From Takakia lepidozioides (lineage: Eukaryota > Plantae > Bryophyta): a stretch of 64,000 nt of DNA. The notes beneath the pieces are model-generated. The model saw only the letters and a list, made by a program, of their open reading frames with translations. It was not told the origin of the DNA and ran no database searches. This document shows, piece by piece, positions 11,401-23,144 of the stretch. Within the stretch, counting starts at the first letter, position 1, and each line of letters opens with the position of its first letter. Location of the stretch: the NCBI GenBank assembly GCA_030704615.1, contig CM060733.1, positions 59,458,001 to 59,522,000 on the forward strand, in the 5' to 3' direction. The position numbers and the translations under genes were made by a program.

Positions 11401-11944
11401 CAATGTCTTGTACGCTTGAGTCAAGGTAACGCAATGCCAGGCCACGCAAATCACGCTGCCAGTGTTCCTTACCTTCGCAGCCAACATTGATGACTCCATT
11501 TCCATGCACCTCCACCTTGTGGCGCTTTAGCCCTGCAGCCACCCTTCCCTCTCCATCTCCTTCCCATTGTTTCATGGCATGGCGTCGTTCCTTCCTCAGC
11601 TCTGATGTCCGTTTCCTGCCCCCATGCTCTGGAGCAGCGCCGTCATACGTTGTGGGGGGTGACTGATGTGTGCCGGAGGGGGGAGGGCCGTATGGAGATG
11701 TGGGAGGCCCCCATTGTGACGTGCCAGCATCAGGAAGCCAGCGCCACGACCCTGAAGCAGGGGGGGCTCCCCATGGTGCACTCTGTTGTGGAGACCATGC
11801 GGCAGGGGGTGGGTGCCAAGGTTGGTGTTGGTTGGCATTGTGTGGTGGCTGTGAGTGCTTTGCTGCAGCTTCACTCCCCTTCCGCTGCCAAAAACATCCC
11901 ACAACAAGGTGCATCAGCTGTAGTCCTACTGAACACAACGTCAC
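8412..11944 (-). pseudogene. CACTA TnpA-like gene: Ptta/En/Spm-type domain + FCP1/NIF (HAD) phosphatase-like domain + C-terminal Tnp1/En/Spm-like domain
   Basis: 10979..11944: WDKLVAYWES..KAEGMKQARACVTNPSRWGRAG (Ptta-like). 9439..10230: KLIVLDLNGIL, FPRPQVCEFL, VGIWSCA, LFVWSQEEC, NTLLVDDSPHK (NIF). 8412..8694: GVDKFHCKDIPSGWYKVKV..LPCPNVDD..VKGTVTLW (Tnp1-like). Short linker exons at ~9360-9237, ~9142-9083, ~8892-8833. Stop at 10350, frameshifts near 10257 and 9262. Confidence 0.78.
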
Positions 11945-12344
11945 CAGAGCACAAACGATCCCACAACCACAACTATGGATTGGCTGACCTCAAACCCACT
12001 CCCCTGCAGCGCAAGTGCCAAAAACTGAAAAGGAGAGGGACAGAATGTCCTCATAACATGTAAGGCCATTCATTGGTGAAGAAACATAATGTGGGCGGGT
12101 TCACATCAGTACCATCATACACACTTACCAGGAAACAGAACGGGTTTTGCACATAGGGAGTGGACATCTATTCACACAATCAGCAAATGGCTGTATGGCG
12201 GAGCCCAGCATCGGAGCCCCAAAAGGCCTAAAGACTCTCAATGTTTGTAAACACAGGTGCAGACACAATTCAATTGATAGCTTGGATATCCGGTGGTCTG
12301 TATGGTGATAGCACCCCGGGCAGTGAGTCAGACAATGACCCTAT

Positions 12345-13484
12345 GACGTTGGTAGTAAGACTTACCTTCGTATAAAGCATTGATCCGGGTTTTCCAGATA
12401 TCCTCTAGAAATCCCTTCACACAAGCATCAATCTGTTGTGTGTGATTTGCCCAAAAACTAGGCCTCAGGAGGGCCTGGGCTTTTGGCTCAGCCTCGAGTC
12501 TTTCAAAGTTGGTAAACAGGGGTACATGCACAATTCCCTTGATAGAATTGAAGAGAGCGTCTCTTTGGTGAGAGAACCCCGGACAGCGTATCAGAAAATG
12601 AATACTGTCTTCAGATTGCCCACACAACGGACAATTGCACTCTCCCTTTCCGATCTGCTTCTGTTTGCTGTTCAAAGGTAGGCTTCCTGCCCTGAGTTTA
12701 AATTTCAGTCTAGTGCCGAGAGTGGGTGGACCCTTCAGGTCATCCAAGATGTCCACCCCCATGTCACTGACTGGAAACAAGTTCAGGGAAGTTCTCTGCC
12801 TAACTTCATTTTCATCAGACAATCTCATGGCAACAGACATGGCTTCAGACACTACAGCCTGTAAGGCAGATTTATCCAGCAGGGTCAAGACTTGCGGATC
12901 CAGGTCCAGGTCCTTGAGAATCTTTTCTACTCTCTTCTGCCAGGACTTAGTCTGTTTGACAGGGCGGTCCTGTTTCCAAGATTTAGAGTCGATCAACTTA
13001 GGATATCTGGTGTTGGGCATATGTTGCAGCTGACCCCACCATCTGACCTTGAATTCATCTCGTCGGGAGCTTAAGGATGGGATGCCAAACTCACCCCCGA
13101 ACAGCCACATTGGCTGTTTTCTCCATGCTGACATACACTCCTTAAGCACCCCCACTTGAATGGATTCTAGAGACTTAGCCTGGTTGGAGTTATCAACCCA
13201 TATAGCAGATCCGTACTCCAAGGCAGGTCTAATAACGCGACAAAGCATGGTTTTCTTAACCTCAGAGATGACCCCTCTGCAGTGGAAAAATTTAGTGAGC
13301 CCCAGAGCTTTGCCCTTGCCAGTTTGAACAACTTTCCGTATATGTGCATCCCAATTACAATTGGAGGAAAACTCAACGCCTAGGTAAGTGTAGGAAGGGA
13401 GGACCGAGATCTCTTGGCTACCCCACTGCCACTTAAGATCACTTCCTCCCTCTCCTCTGTCGTTGATTGCTACCACTGCACATT
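12345..13484 (-). mobile_element. Non-LTR retrotransposon (LINE) ORF2 fragment, C-terminal to the RT core, with CxxC-H-C zinc knuckle
   Basis: ORF 12328..13476: SYTYLGV, IRPALEYGSAIW, KLRAGSLPL, CPLCGQSEDSIHFLIRC. Homology with the 16138 copy ends at ~12345. Confidence 0.88.
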
Positions 13485-13509
13485 TCTGCCTAACTTCATT
13501 TTCTGCCCA

Positions 13510-14625
13510 ATCACATCTCCTCTACGCTGATGATGTTGCCCTTTTGGCACAATCCCCGGTCTTTCTGCAACGCCATCTCTAAATTTTGGAACAGTTCTGC
13601 AAAGACTATGGGATGCAAGTCAATCTTAGCAAGACCAAGATCATGGTCTTCAATGGCCAGGCTGATCGTAGATTCATCTTCAACCAGCAGGAAATTGAGA
13701 TTGTCAAATCATACCGGTACCTAGGTCTGGTTATCCACTCCCCCAAGTTTCACTTTGCAGCCACTGCCTTGGACAGATTGACTAAAGGTAAGGCGGCCTC
13801 CGTCCGCCTTCACGCCAAATGCAAGCAAATACATGTGCGGCATCCCCCGACCAAAAAGTGTCTGTTTGACACCGTCGTCAGCCCTGCTACCATCTATGGT
13901 TGTGAGTTCTGGGCACCTGGTGTCCCTGTCTCCTGGTGGGAAAAGATTTTGGAACCATTACAGTCATCTTTTCTCCAAGCAATGCTTGGCGCCAGGAGCA
14001 CAACTCCCTCTCAGATCCTAGGTGCAGAGTTCGCATGTGTACCATTGCAATCCGAGGCACAGTTCAGGCTTACAATCTGTGAGGAATAGATTGCAGGCCC
14101 TTCCACCCAAAGGCTAGTGGCAAGGGCCCTCACAACATCTATGAGGCTCAAAGCTGCAGGTTTCGGGAACTCCTGGTATGCTCGAGTGGACAGTTTATTT
14201 CAACGTAACGGACTTTCTACTACTTTCCTATTACCAATGAACCCAGATGAGGTGGACATCACATCCACACATGACCGCAACAGACTCATTCGGAGAGAGC
14301 TTATGGAATTACATGTGAAGAGAACTTGGATGCTACCCAATCTCACAACAAAGCTCCACTTCTATCGAGAGACATTCTTGGTGCTCCGCGATGATAGAAT
14401 CTTGAGACCAAATTACCTTTCAGCACCCTTAGCTCCTTCCCTCCTGAGGGCATTGGGGCAGTTCAGGGTGGGTTCCCACAACCTACGGATAGAGACTGGC
14501 AGATGGGAAAACCTGCAACGGGAGGACCGCCTATGTCCAGCTTGCATAGGGCGCAGCAAGGAAATTGAAACTGAAGAACACTTCTTCTTCTACTGCCCTC
14601 TATACTACGAGATCCGATTGAACAA
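13510..14625 (+). mobile_element. Second LINE ORF2 fragment (different family), from the YADD motif to the C-terminal zinc knuckle, with stops and a frameshift
   Basis: HLLYADDVALL at ~13514-13546, VNLSKTKIMVF, SYRYLGL, YGCEFW, FRVGSHNLRIETGRW, CPAC..ETEEHFFFYCPLY. Confidence 0.9.
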
Positions 14626-15130
14626 CTTTATGGATATGTGCATCCCAGTTTCAGTTTCAGGAGAACTCAACGCCCATAGAACATGAACAGAAGTAGGGGT
14701 AGAACTCACCTCATGCGCAGCGGGTTTGTGCCGTTTGCGCACCTTTTGGAGAGACTCTGCAGATGGAGGTGCAATTTCCGCCGAACTGTCCTCCACCTCA
14801 TCGTCGTCGCCCATGCTATAGTCGCTTGTGTCAGAATCCAAACTGGAAGACCGCCCACTGCTCTGCCTTCCCTCTCGCACCGACGCCATCTGTACCAGAT
14901 TCAGTCGAGCCAGGCGGGGGCTCCTTCGCACCGCGGGGCTGGAATGTGCACAAGTGGGAGGAGGTGATGCTGCCTCGGCGGTCGACCGCTTCTTACTAGG
15001 CGTGGACATAGACCATGACAAAGATGAAGACGAGCGAGGACATAGACCATGAGCAAGACAAAGACGAGCGAGGAAGACCAAGACATGCAAAGGAGGAAAG
15101 AAGGACAAGGAGGGGAGTGTGATCACACAC
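14626..15130 (-). other. Ser/acidic-rich ORF fragment, possibly the 5' end of a retroelement ORF1/gag
   Basis: ORF 14605..15126 (RRSPRLARL, SDYSMGDDDEVED) abuts the LINE fragment; no diagnostic domain seen. Confidence 0.3.
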
Positions 15131-15930
15131 CCCCCGAGCTCAAGGTGAAGATCCGGCCGTTGTTGATTTCAAATATGAACACGTGTCGTGCATCCGACAC
15201 TATGGCCTTTTCGACTTTGAGACGTTAAACCCTAAACCACTTACAGTCCTCCAGACAACTAGATGTAGTGATTCACACAACTGACATTTGGTTGGCCTGT
15301 TATGCAGGCTTGTTCTGTAATCTCCAGTGGACATCATACAGTTTCTTTGTTTCTTTCATTTTTTGTAATGCTTGAACAGTTCATATCCTCAATGTCTTAT
15401 TGCAGTCCAGGCTTCAAGCAAATGAGAGGTAGTCCTGGTAGGATGGTCAATGTCCTTAAAAGCGGCCTTGTCTATTATCCATCCAAAAACTAAAGGTCTC
15501 ATCTATCATGGTTAATATATGCTTGGATAAGAAAATGACTCGGTATGTCTTCTTTTTCACAATCACGGGGAGGGTTACCTCGACTCACTAGCTGATCTCT
15601 TAGCACAATTGACACCAAGCCCTTGACACGGTTTTCATGTGCATGTCAGCATGCTCCAAAACAGCCAATGTGGCTGTTCGGGGCGAGTTTGGCATTCGTT
15701 CCTTAAGCTCCCGACGACATAAATTCAAGGTCAGATGGTGGGGCCAGTTGCAACAATGAACCGATATTAGCCTTGAGTAGTTCTCTGACTCTTTGGGTTA
15801 TTTGTTTGTTGTTCTACTCCTTGTGGCCCTTTAGGAATCCCACAGACGTGATACACATATCTCTTTCCTCACTTTCGGTCCTTCACTGACTACCAGAAAT
15901 GTCACACCGTATGTCTGCATCTGAAACTTT

Positions 15931-16512
15931 TCACCTTTGAGACAACATTCTGCAGCACGCTCTGCTAGCTTCACATTGCCATGTATTCTGCAGGCACCAA
16001 GTAAAGCCCCACACTAAAGCATCTGGTTTAATTGGCATTCTGTTGATGAAATTCTCCGCCTCATCCAAGCGCCCTGCACGGCCAAGAAGGTCAACCATGC
16101 AGCCAAAATGTTTTCCTGTTGGAATGATTCTATTATCACACACAACAGATTGATGCTTGTGTGAAGGGTTTTCTAGAGGATATCTGGAAAACCCGGATTA
16201 ATTCCTTATATGATGGTAAGTCTTACTACCACCGTCAGCCCCTGACGGAGGTAGGTTCTGTTCCTTTTGTTCCCGCTCAAACTGGGCGCAGGGTCAATGG
16301 CCACAAGGCTACGGCATACAACGTCTTATGAGTACAATCTATAATCTCTACTCATAGAATGGAAATAGTGTTGTCCTTCATCTACTAGGCCCATATGGCT
16401 GCATGCAGACAGAACTGCAATGAGTGTAACATCATTTGGCTTCACCCCTTGCTGTTTCAAAACTTGGTTGAAAAGTTGCAGAGCATCTTTGCCATGCCCT
16501 TGCTGAGAATAT
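15931..16512 (-). pseudogene. PLS/E-class PPR pseudogene fragment (RNA-editing-factor type), interrupted by a short LINE insertion
   Basis: YSQQGHGKDALQLF..GVKPNDVTLIAVLSACSHMGLVDEG at ~16512-16375; [34 protein letters not shown], then [16 protein letters not shown] after a frameshift, at ~16125-15945. Confidence 0.9.
16138..16335 (+). mobile_element. 5'-truncated LINE 3' end (~200 bp), same family as 12345-13484
   Basis: 16138-16237 is the near reverse complement of 12345-12443. Flanked by a probable diverged TSD: ATTCTATTATC (16127-16137) and AATCTATAATC (16336-16346). Confidence 0.8.
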
Positions 16513-17091
16513 CCGAAGACCTGCTTGCCCTCTTCTACAGCTGGGCACAGGGAGTGTCGTTGAGGCTGAAAAGGGGAAATTTGACCAGGTCATATCCGTT
16601 TGTGTTACTTCGAAGGTGTGGGCCAGCCTGCCAGAAGGTCAAAACAGGTGCATGCTGACATATGAAAGTCTGGCGTCGTGGAGATTGTTGGCTGTGAGGT
16701 GGGGATGGGGTTATCATCTTTCCTGGTAAATGAAGATATGATTGACATATCTCCTCTCCCATAAACTGTCACATTTCCTATAGGAAGTTCTTGTGACGCC
16801 CTTGACATGCTGTTGATGTGAATGAAAGCAGGCTGCAGTAGCAACAATGGAGAATTCAGGGTGTTTGGATTGGGGCAGAGCATACCATGGAAGAGAACAA
16901 GGGGCCCAATAGTTCGTGCAGTTGGGGGAGTTGATGTATGTACTTCCCCACACGGCCTTTGCCTCTCTTCACCATCTGTACCGAAGGTGCATAGATGGAA
17001 CAAATCTCCAGTCTTTTGGTGTGCTCTTGTAATTCTGATATGCCCATAGACCCACTTCTCTCTCCTGTCTGTCTTGAGTTCCCCAACAAAA

Positions 17092-20000
17092 ATGAGTTCC
17101 CCTCGCCCATGCGGAGGACTTCCAATTAATCACCCCTGTAGACAGAACAACCGGGATGACAGGTTGTGGGAAAGAGAAGTGGCACGTGCCCGAGCCCTTG
17201 GGCTTTCAAGGATGCCATGCCCATGTGAACGTTGTTTGGGCACTACAAGTAGATCTGAGGACGGTGTGCGCACACATCTCCTTCACCACAAAAGACATGA
17301 AGCATTTCGGGTGTGGATTGGAGATGGACCTGCAGACGAAGACGATGAGGAGTGGGCACAATTGGACAATGCACACCCCCGAGGGAGCCATACAGACAGG
17401 CCAGACGAGGACTATGTCATGGGCGCAGGACAGGAACCAGGCATGGACGGAGGGGTGGAGATTACTCGAATGTTGCAGGAAGCATTCCACATCATGGACG
17501 ATGCTGAAGAGGGGGACGGCGCTGCGACAACTGGGGATGGTGATGACGCAGGAAATGAAGGCATTCACGTGGGGGAAGGCGTGGAAGGAGGTGGAGATGG
17601 AAATGAGAATTCTGCACACATGACACTAGAAGAAGCATGTGTGCCACTGTACGAGGGATGCAAATCCACAAAGCTTGCTGCCAGCATGCTGTTGATGAAC
17701 CTGTGCACAACCCACGGTGTGTCAGACCATTTTGTGGACGAGTTGTTCTCTTTGCTTCGGCTGAACTTGCTTCCACAACCAAATGAAATGCCAAAAAGCT
17801 GTCACATGGCCAACAAAATGATTGGGAAGCTCGGCCTCAACTACGTGAAAATACATGCATGTCCAAAAGGACATGTACTTTTCAGAAGAGAGTACAAGGA
17901 CGCTATGGAGTGCCCCAAATGCGGTGCAGCCCGATACCATGATGTGGGCAGGTTACAACAGCCAGCCAAGGTGTTGAGGCACTTTCCCCTTATCCCCCGT
18001 CTATTACGAATGTACAAATGCAAGACCATTAGTGAGCTCATGACTTGGCATTCCAGGAATGCCTCAAACGATGGTTTGGTAAGGCATGTCCCAGATTCCC
18101 TTGCATGGAAGCATATAGATGCAACTTGGCCCGATTTCGCCGAGGACCCACGCAATGTGCGATTGGCTGTATCTACGGATGGAGTAAACCCATACGGATC
18201 AAAGAGTTGCACATGGTCCACATGGCCCGTGCAGTTGGTGGCATACAACCTGCCACCATGGTTGACAACAAAGAAATTCTTTGTCATGTTGTCTCTCTTG
18301 ATTCCAGGCAAGGAGTCCGTGACAAATGCAAACATAGATGTGTATTTGCAACCATTGATTGAAGAGCTACAGGAACTATGGATTGGAGTTGAAGCTTACG
18401 ACATTTTGAAACCAGTAGGGCAACGGAGTTTCACCCTCCGTGCCATACTCATGTGGTCAATCCACGATTTCCCCGCATATGGCCTTGTTGCGGGTTGCAA
18501 GACGAAGGGCTACAAAGGGTGCCCCATTTGTGGGCCCTATGTGGATTCACGGCACTCAAAGCCATTAGGGAAGACAATATACATGGGGCATCGACGTTAC
18601 CTTGCAAGAAACCACCCCTACCGACGAGCAGGCCGACACTTCAATGGATGTGTTGAAAAGAGAATGGCACCAAATGCTGTGACACCGGAGGAGACATTGC
18701 AATTTGCAAAGGAGAAAGAGGCGTTCATGGAGATTGGAGGGAGAGAAGGAAGTAGTGCGGATCCAGCCATGTCGCACGGGGTGAAGCGCCGGACAATCCT
18801 TTGGGATTTGCCATACTGGAAGGTGCATGAATCCCCCCCCCCCCATTCACTCACTTTCTTTCACATTGTGCTTCCTGGAATTACCTTTACTGTCAGGAGT
18901 CCTTCCACCAACTCCTAAGTCAGTGTAACTACTATGCAGTAGATGTTGAAGTCGTACACCTCACTGTGTAGAGGATCGTGCAGTTGTTGAAAGCAGAATG
19001 TAGTAACATGGACAACTTCTGCCACATATTCTACTATTTTTGCCCATAGAACTTGGTCTCATGGGAGGACATTTGGCATTTCAGAACCTCTTGCAGCGGT
19101 ACCTCCTGGACCCCATGCATTGTGAGAAGAACTTCTGCGAGAACATTCTGAAGACTATCTTTGGGGAGAAGGATACGATAAACGTACGAAAGGACATGGA
19201 GATTGAAGGGATACGGTCACATCTGTGGCTAAGGCCTGATCCAAATAGACCAGGCAAAGTGCTCATGCCAGCAGCATCATACGTCCTGACCAAATCAGAG
19301 CAAGAGGAATTTTTGAAGACATTGGGAGCCATGAAAGTGCCAACCGGATTCTCGGGTGCTTTCCAAAAGCATGCCATAAACAAGAAATGGTCGGGGATGA
19401 AGTCACATGATCTACACGTGATGATGCAGCAGATTTTGCCAGTGTGCATTCGGGGTACGATGGCGTCGGGTCCTCGAACAGCCATAATGCGTGTAAGTCG
19501 AGTGTTTAGGAAGATTTGTGCGAAGGTGTGGGATCCGAGGGACATTACATCGCTGCATGAGGATGTGGCTGTGACCCTATGTTTGCTGGAGAAAGAATTC
19601 CCTCCATCATTCTTTGACGTCATGACGCACTTGCTAGTGCATCTTGTAGAGGAGCTGCATGTGTGTGGGCCCGTAGCCAGCCGTTGGATGTACCCCATGG
19701 AGAGGTACATGAAGGATCTGAAGGGGTATGTACGCAACATGGCACGGCCAGAGGGGAGTATGGCGGAGGGCTACATCCGCGACGAAGCCCTGGGCTTCAT
19801 GACAGAGTATATGTCTTCATTTGATGCAATACAACGACGGGTGTGGGACGAGAACGAGGAAGAAGGAGTTGTAGGCGAGGTCCTAGAAGGTGGTGGAACA
19901 AAGCGTGCCATGAGCCCGCGCCTTCGGGATGTGGCACATGATTATGTGCTGAACAACACAACAACCATGACACCATGGAGACAGTGGGTGTAAACTTTAC

Positions 20001-21166
20001 ATCCCTCCTGTGCTATTCTTAATGGTCTTTGTATGCATGAATTACATATATATTGTCACAAGTCATTCCGGCCACTATGGGAGTGGGATCGTGTACTAAC
20101 AGGGTGCTTCAGACGACAACAGAGGGTGTTTCGTAGTTGGTGTTGTTGCTTGCAAGTGATCATGAAGTAGGCTGCATCACTACAATGTGCTTGAAAGGAC
20201 ACACTCTACATGTGGCATGCATGTACAGTACGGTGTTGGTCAGGGGGACTGAGTTGCAGCTTCTATTTGGTTTCTGCCAGAAAATACGCAGCGGAGAAGG
20301 TCCGCCTGAAAACGGAACGGAGAGCATTTGCAAAAGCATGGCGGAGGGGCGGTCGTAGGCGCAGATCCCCGGTGGAGTACCCGACAACAATGGAGGAGCT
20401 GCAGCCCTTTACAGTGTGGGTCAGATCTGCAATTGCAGTGTACGCATCAGAGAACGAGGACCCAGATGAGGGCATGGTGAGTCTGTCATTCCCCCCAGGG
20501 CTGATTGCCACTTCGTACCGGTCAATGAAAGCATATGGCAATCACTATAGAGTGGACGATGCCAACACCAGCCTCCTGGTGACTTATGACAGCGGAGTGG
20601 CATCATTTTTTGAACAAGAGAGTAGGAGCTGTGCACGAGATCGGAATCCAATTTCATGCCATGTGCAATATGTAGGAGTGATCAAAGAGATCCTTAAACT
20701 AGACTATGGTCTTGTGAAGCCAATTCTATTCCGTTGTTCTTGGGTAAAAGCCAATATGGTAGGAGAGAATGCCACCATGAAACGGGATGAGTACGGGTTC
20801 CTCCTTGCTGATTTCAGAAAAATGCTACCACAAGATGAAGAGCCATTCATCTTCCCATCGCAAGTTGAGCAAGTTTTCTTTTCAGATGACATCCATGCGC
20901 CGGGATGGAAGGTGGTTCTTCACAAGGACCCCCGGGCCAAACGAGTCGTTGCCGACGTCCATGATCTGGACCTAGGGGAGAATGCCGACCACGAGGGTCT
21001 GAGGGAACCACGAAATCTACCAGATACGGCCGAACCAGTCTCTTTGGAAGGAGCAGTTACCTTTAATGAGGAAGACATTCCAGGGTTGGTAATTACCGCC
21101 AGGCAAATTGCAGATGTGGGTAGTGAAGGGGAAGATTATTTGGATACGGATAGTGAGCCCAGCTGA
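17092..21166 (+). CDS. CACTA (En/Spm) TnpD-type transposase, apparently intact, 3 exons, ~1171 aa (Transposase_21 + DUF4218 + DUF4216 arrangement)
   Basis: Exons 17092-18822, 19085-19983, 20281-21166 join in frame (3516 nt) with GT..AG borders. Motifs CPCERC, HACPKG..CPKC, STDGVNPY, IHDFPAY, LDPMHCEKN, MKSHD, FPPSFFDVMTHLLVHL, WMYPMER, EPFIFPSQVEQVFF. Confidence 0.93.
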
Positions 21167-21995
21167 ATCTCAGTGTCCATTAAGCCAGCAGCTCATAGAC
21201 GAGAGCTATGCTAAGGACTCTTACTGTCCTTAGAACCCATTTTGTACAGTCCTGCTTATAAGCAAGGGCGAGACAGTTAATAGTATCGATAATGTATGGG
21301 TATGTGGTCACTGACTGTCTTGTGAACAAACCTTTTTTTGTTCTGCCCATATTGTTTCTGACATGTGAGGAGAGGATCGTCTTCATGTACGGGAAGTAGA
21401 CGTGAATGTGTGCATGCATTTTCTGGCCCATCTGCATGCTTTCCAGGAACAAAGACCAGTGGAATGGGGGGTGTCTCCAAAGGAGCAGGACCGAACGACA
21501 CCTTTTTGTGCTTCCCTTGCTTTCCTTCTCACCGTTGTTCCATTCTCCCACCTGCCCAACAGCAGCACTCTCGAAGCAATAGCATGACATATGTTCGCAC
21601 ATGGTCTTCTTCACCAGTGAATGAGCTTTTATGCTACATGTACTGCCCCGTCCACATTAACGTTGATCCCTGCAAGCACTTGGCAAGACACCCCAGAGCC
21701 GCAAATCCAGCAACCACCACAAACACATCTAACTGATTGTAGTGACACGGGAATAGCTCACTTGTAGAGGAATTGAACCTCCAGCCAAATGAATGGCTCT
21801 GCCCCTTGTAGCACAAGTGCGATGCAAAAACAAGGTGAGTACAAAATGAAGAAGCACTTACGAGGTCCCCATCCCTGGGATGGGCTCCCACTTCTGCTCT
21901 GGAACTGTGCAGGCCTGAGTAGCACCAAATTGCATGAATCCTAAGCCTGAATGTCAAATGCAGGTTTATGTCGCGATGTAGCACGCCATCATCTT
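21167..21995. mobile_element. CACTA internal segment downstream of the transposase, shared with 31399-32222; may hold a degenerate minus-strand ORF
   Basis: Colinear homology between the two copies. The minus frame DINLHLTFRLRIHA..HPRDGDL / LDVFVVVAGFAALG stays open in both. Homology ends at ~21995. Confidence 0.65.
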
Positions 21996-23144
21996 ACCTG
22001 TAGTTTCCAGTTTCACTGGTGTCACATTTGCCTTCAAGTCAACATCAAAATTAAGTCCACCTATGCGCAAATCGCAGAATCTCTCATGACACCATCTGCG
22101 TACCGAAAAACTGGTTTGGCATGATATAATTGTAGTTCACAACCTTAATGAACGCTTTCAGCCTTTACCTCTCCGTGCGCTCCATCGTGCCTCCATCCAG
22201 CACATTCTGTAAATGTTGAATGACCAAGAACCCGATGTCACACCGTTCTGAGAAGCCACTACGCGCGCTCACAGTATACGAAGGCCTTGCCGTGTCAGGA
22301 TTTGCATTCCCACGTCCCGCCATGTCCGACGCAGCACTTGCATCCTTGCCAGACAGGCCAGGTGGAGGCAACATGTATTAAAATATCTATTCCCCCAAGG
22401 CCACATTTTGTTTACCTCTTTTTGTGAAAGCCACGTCAGCAAATGTGCTGCCGAGTCATGGGTGCAATGAATGCGCAGTGGTTCATGGAGTCGTTGAGTC
22501 GACTACATATTCACTTTAATGAATAAATATATTTATTCCATTAATCGAATTAGGAATGCAAATTTGTAGTCGCATGTGCAGTAATTACAACCACTTGCAA
22601 TTTTGGCTTTTTCAAATTTTGTCTGTTTCGACTCTCCAGTAGTCCCGTTTACTACCAAGTGGTTCCCGGAGTGGTCGCGGACATGCAGTCGATTCGAAAA
22701 AGACACGAATGCTTCTAGTGTCTTGCCTGTCAGAATCATGTGTCCGGCGGTCTGTGATCTGACATTCATGGGATAAAATTCACCAGTATCTGTCAGAGTC
22801 AAAGCCGGCTACTAAACAACATGCAAAGAAATAATTTGCCTCAACACCTTCACTCGGTGGATCCACTGAGACATTCTCAGGAAGTGGTTCCACGAATTTG
22901 GCCTTCCTGGTGTACTCTTGTCACATGCTCTCCACTGCCCACACTCCCGTGCTCGTTCCTGCAATGTCTCTCAACTCCGATGTCGCTGTTTTCCACTCCA
23001 ACGCGCAAGCGGAGTACCTGAGTGCAGTAGCCGACGTGAATGGGCTCGCCGTAGTTCAAGAAGACTTGCTTTGCGTGACCTTGCCTGTTCGTTCCATGAT
23101 ATATCTCCCGACGAGAAGGAATAAAGGAAAATCATGCTAATCCG

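Noticed and set aside
15226-15237. Telomere-like AAACCCTAAACC
   Set aside because: Under two repeat units; at most a telo-box, not an array or telomerase RNA.
19081-19740. Minus-strand ORFs 19081..19740, 29294..29980 and 17841..18335
   Set aside because: Antisense shadows of transposase exons.
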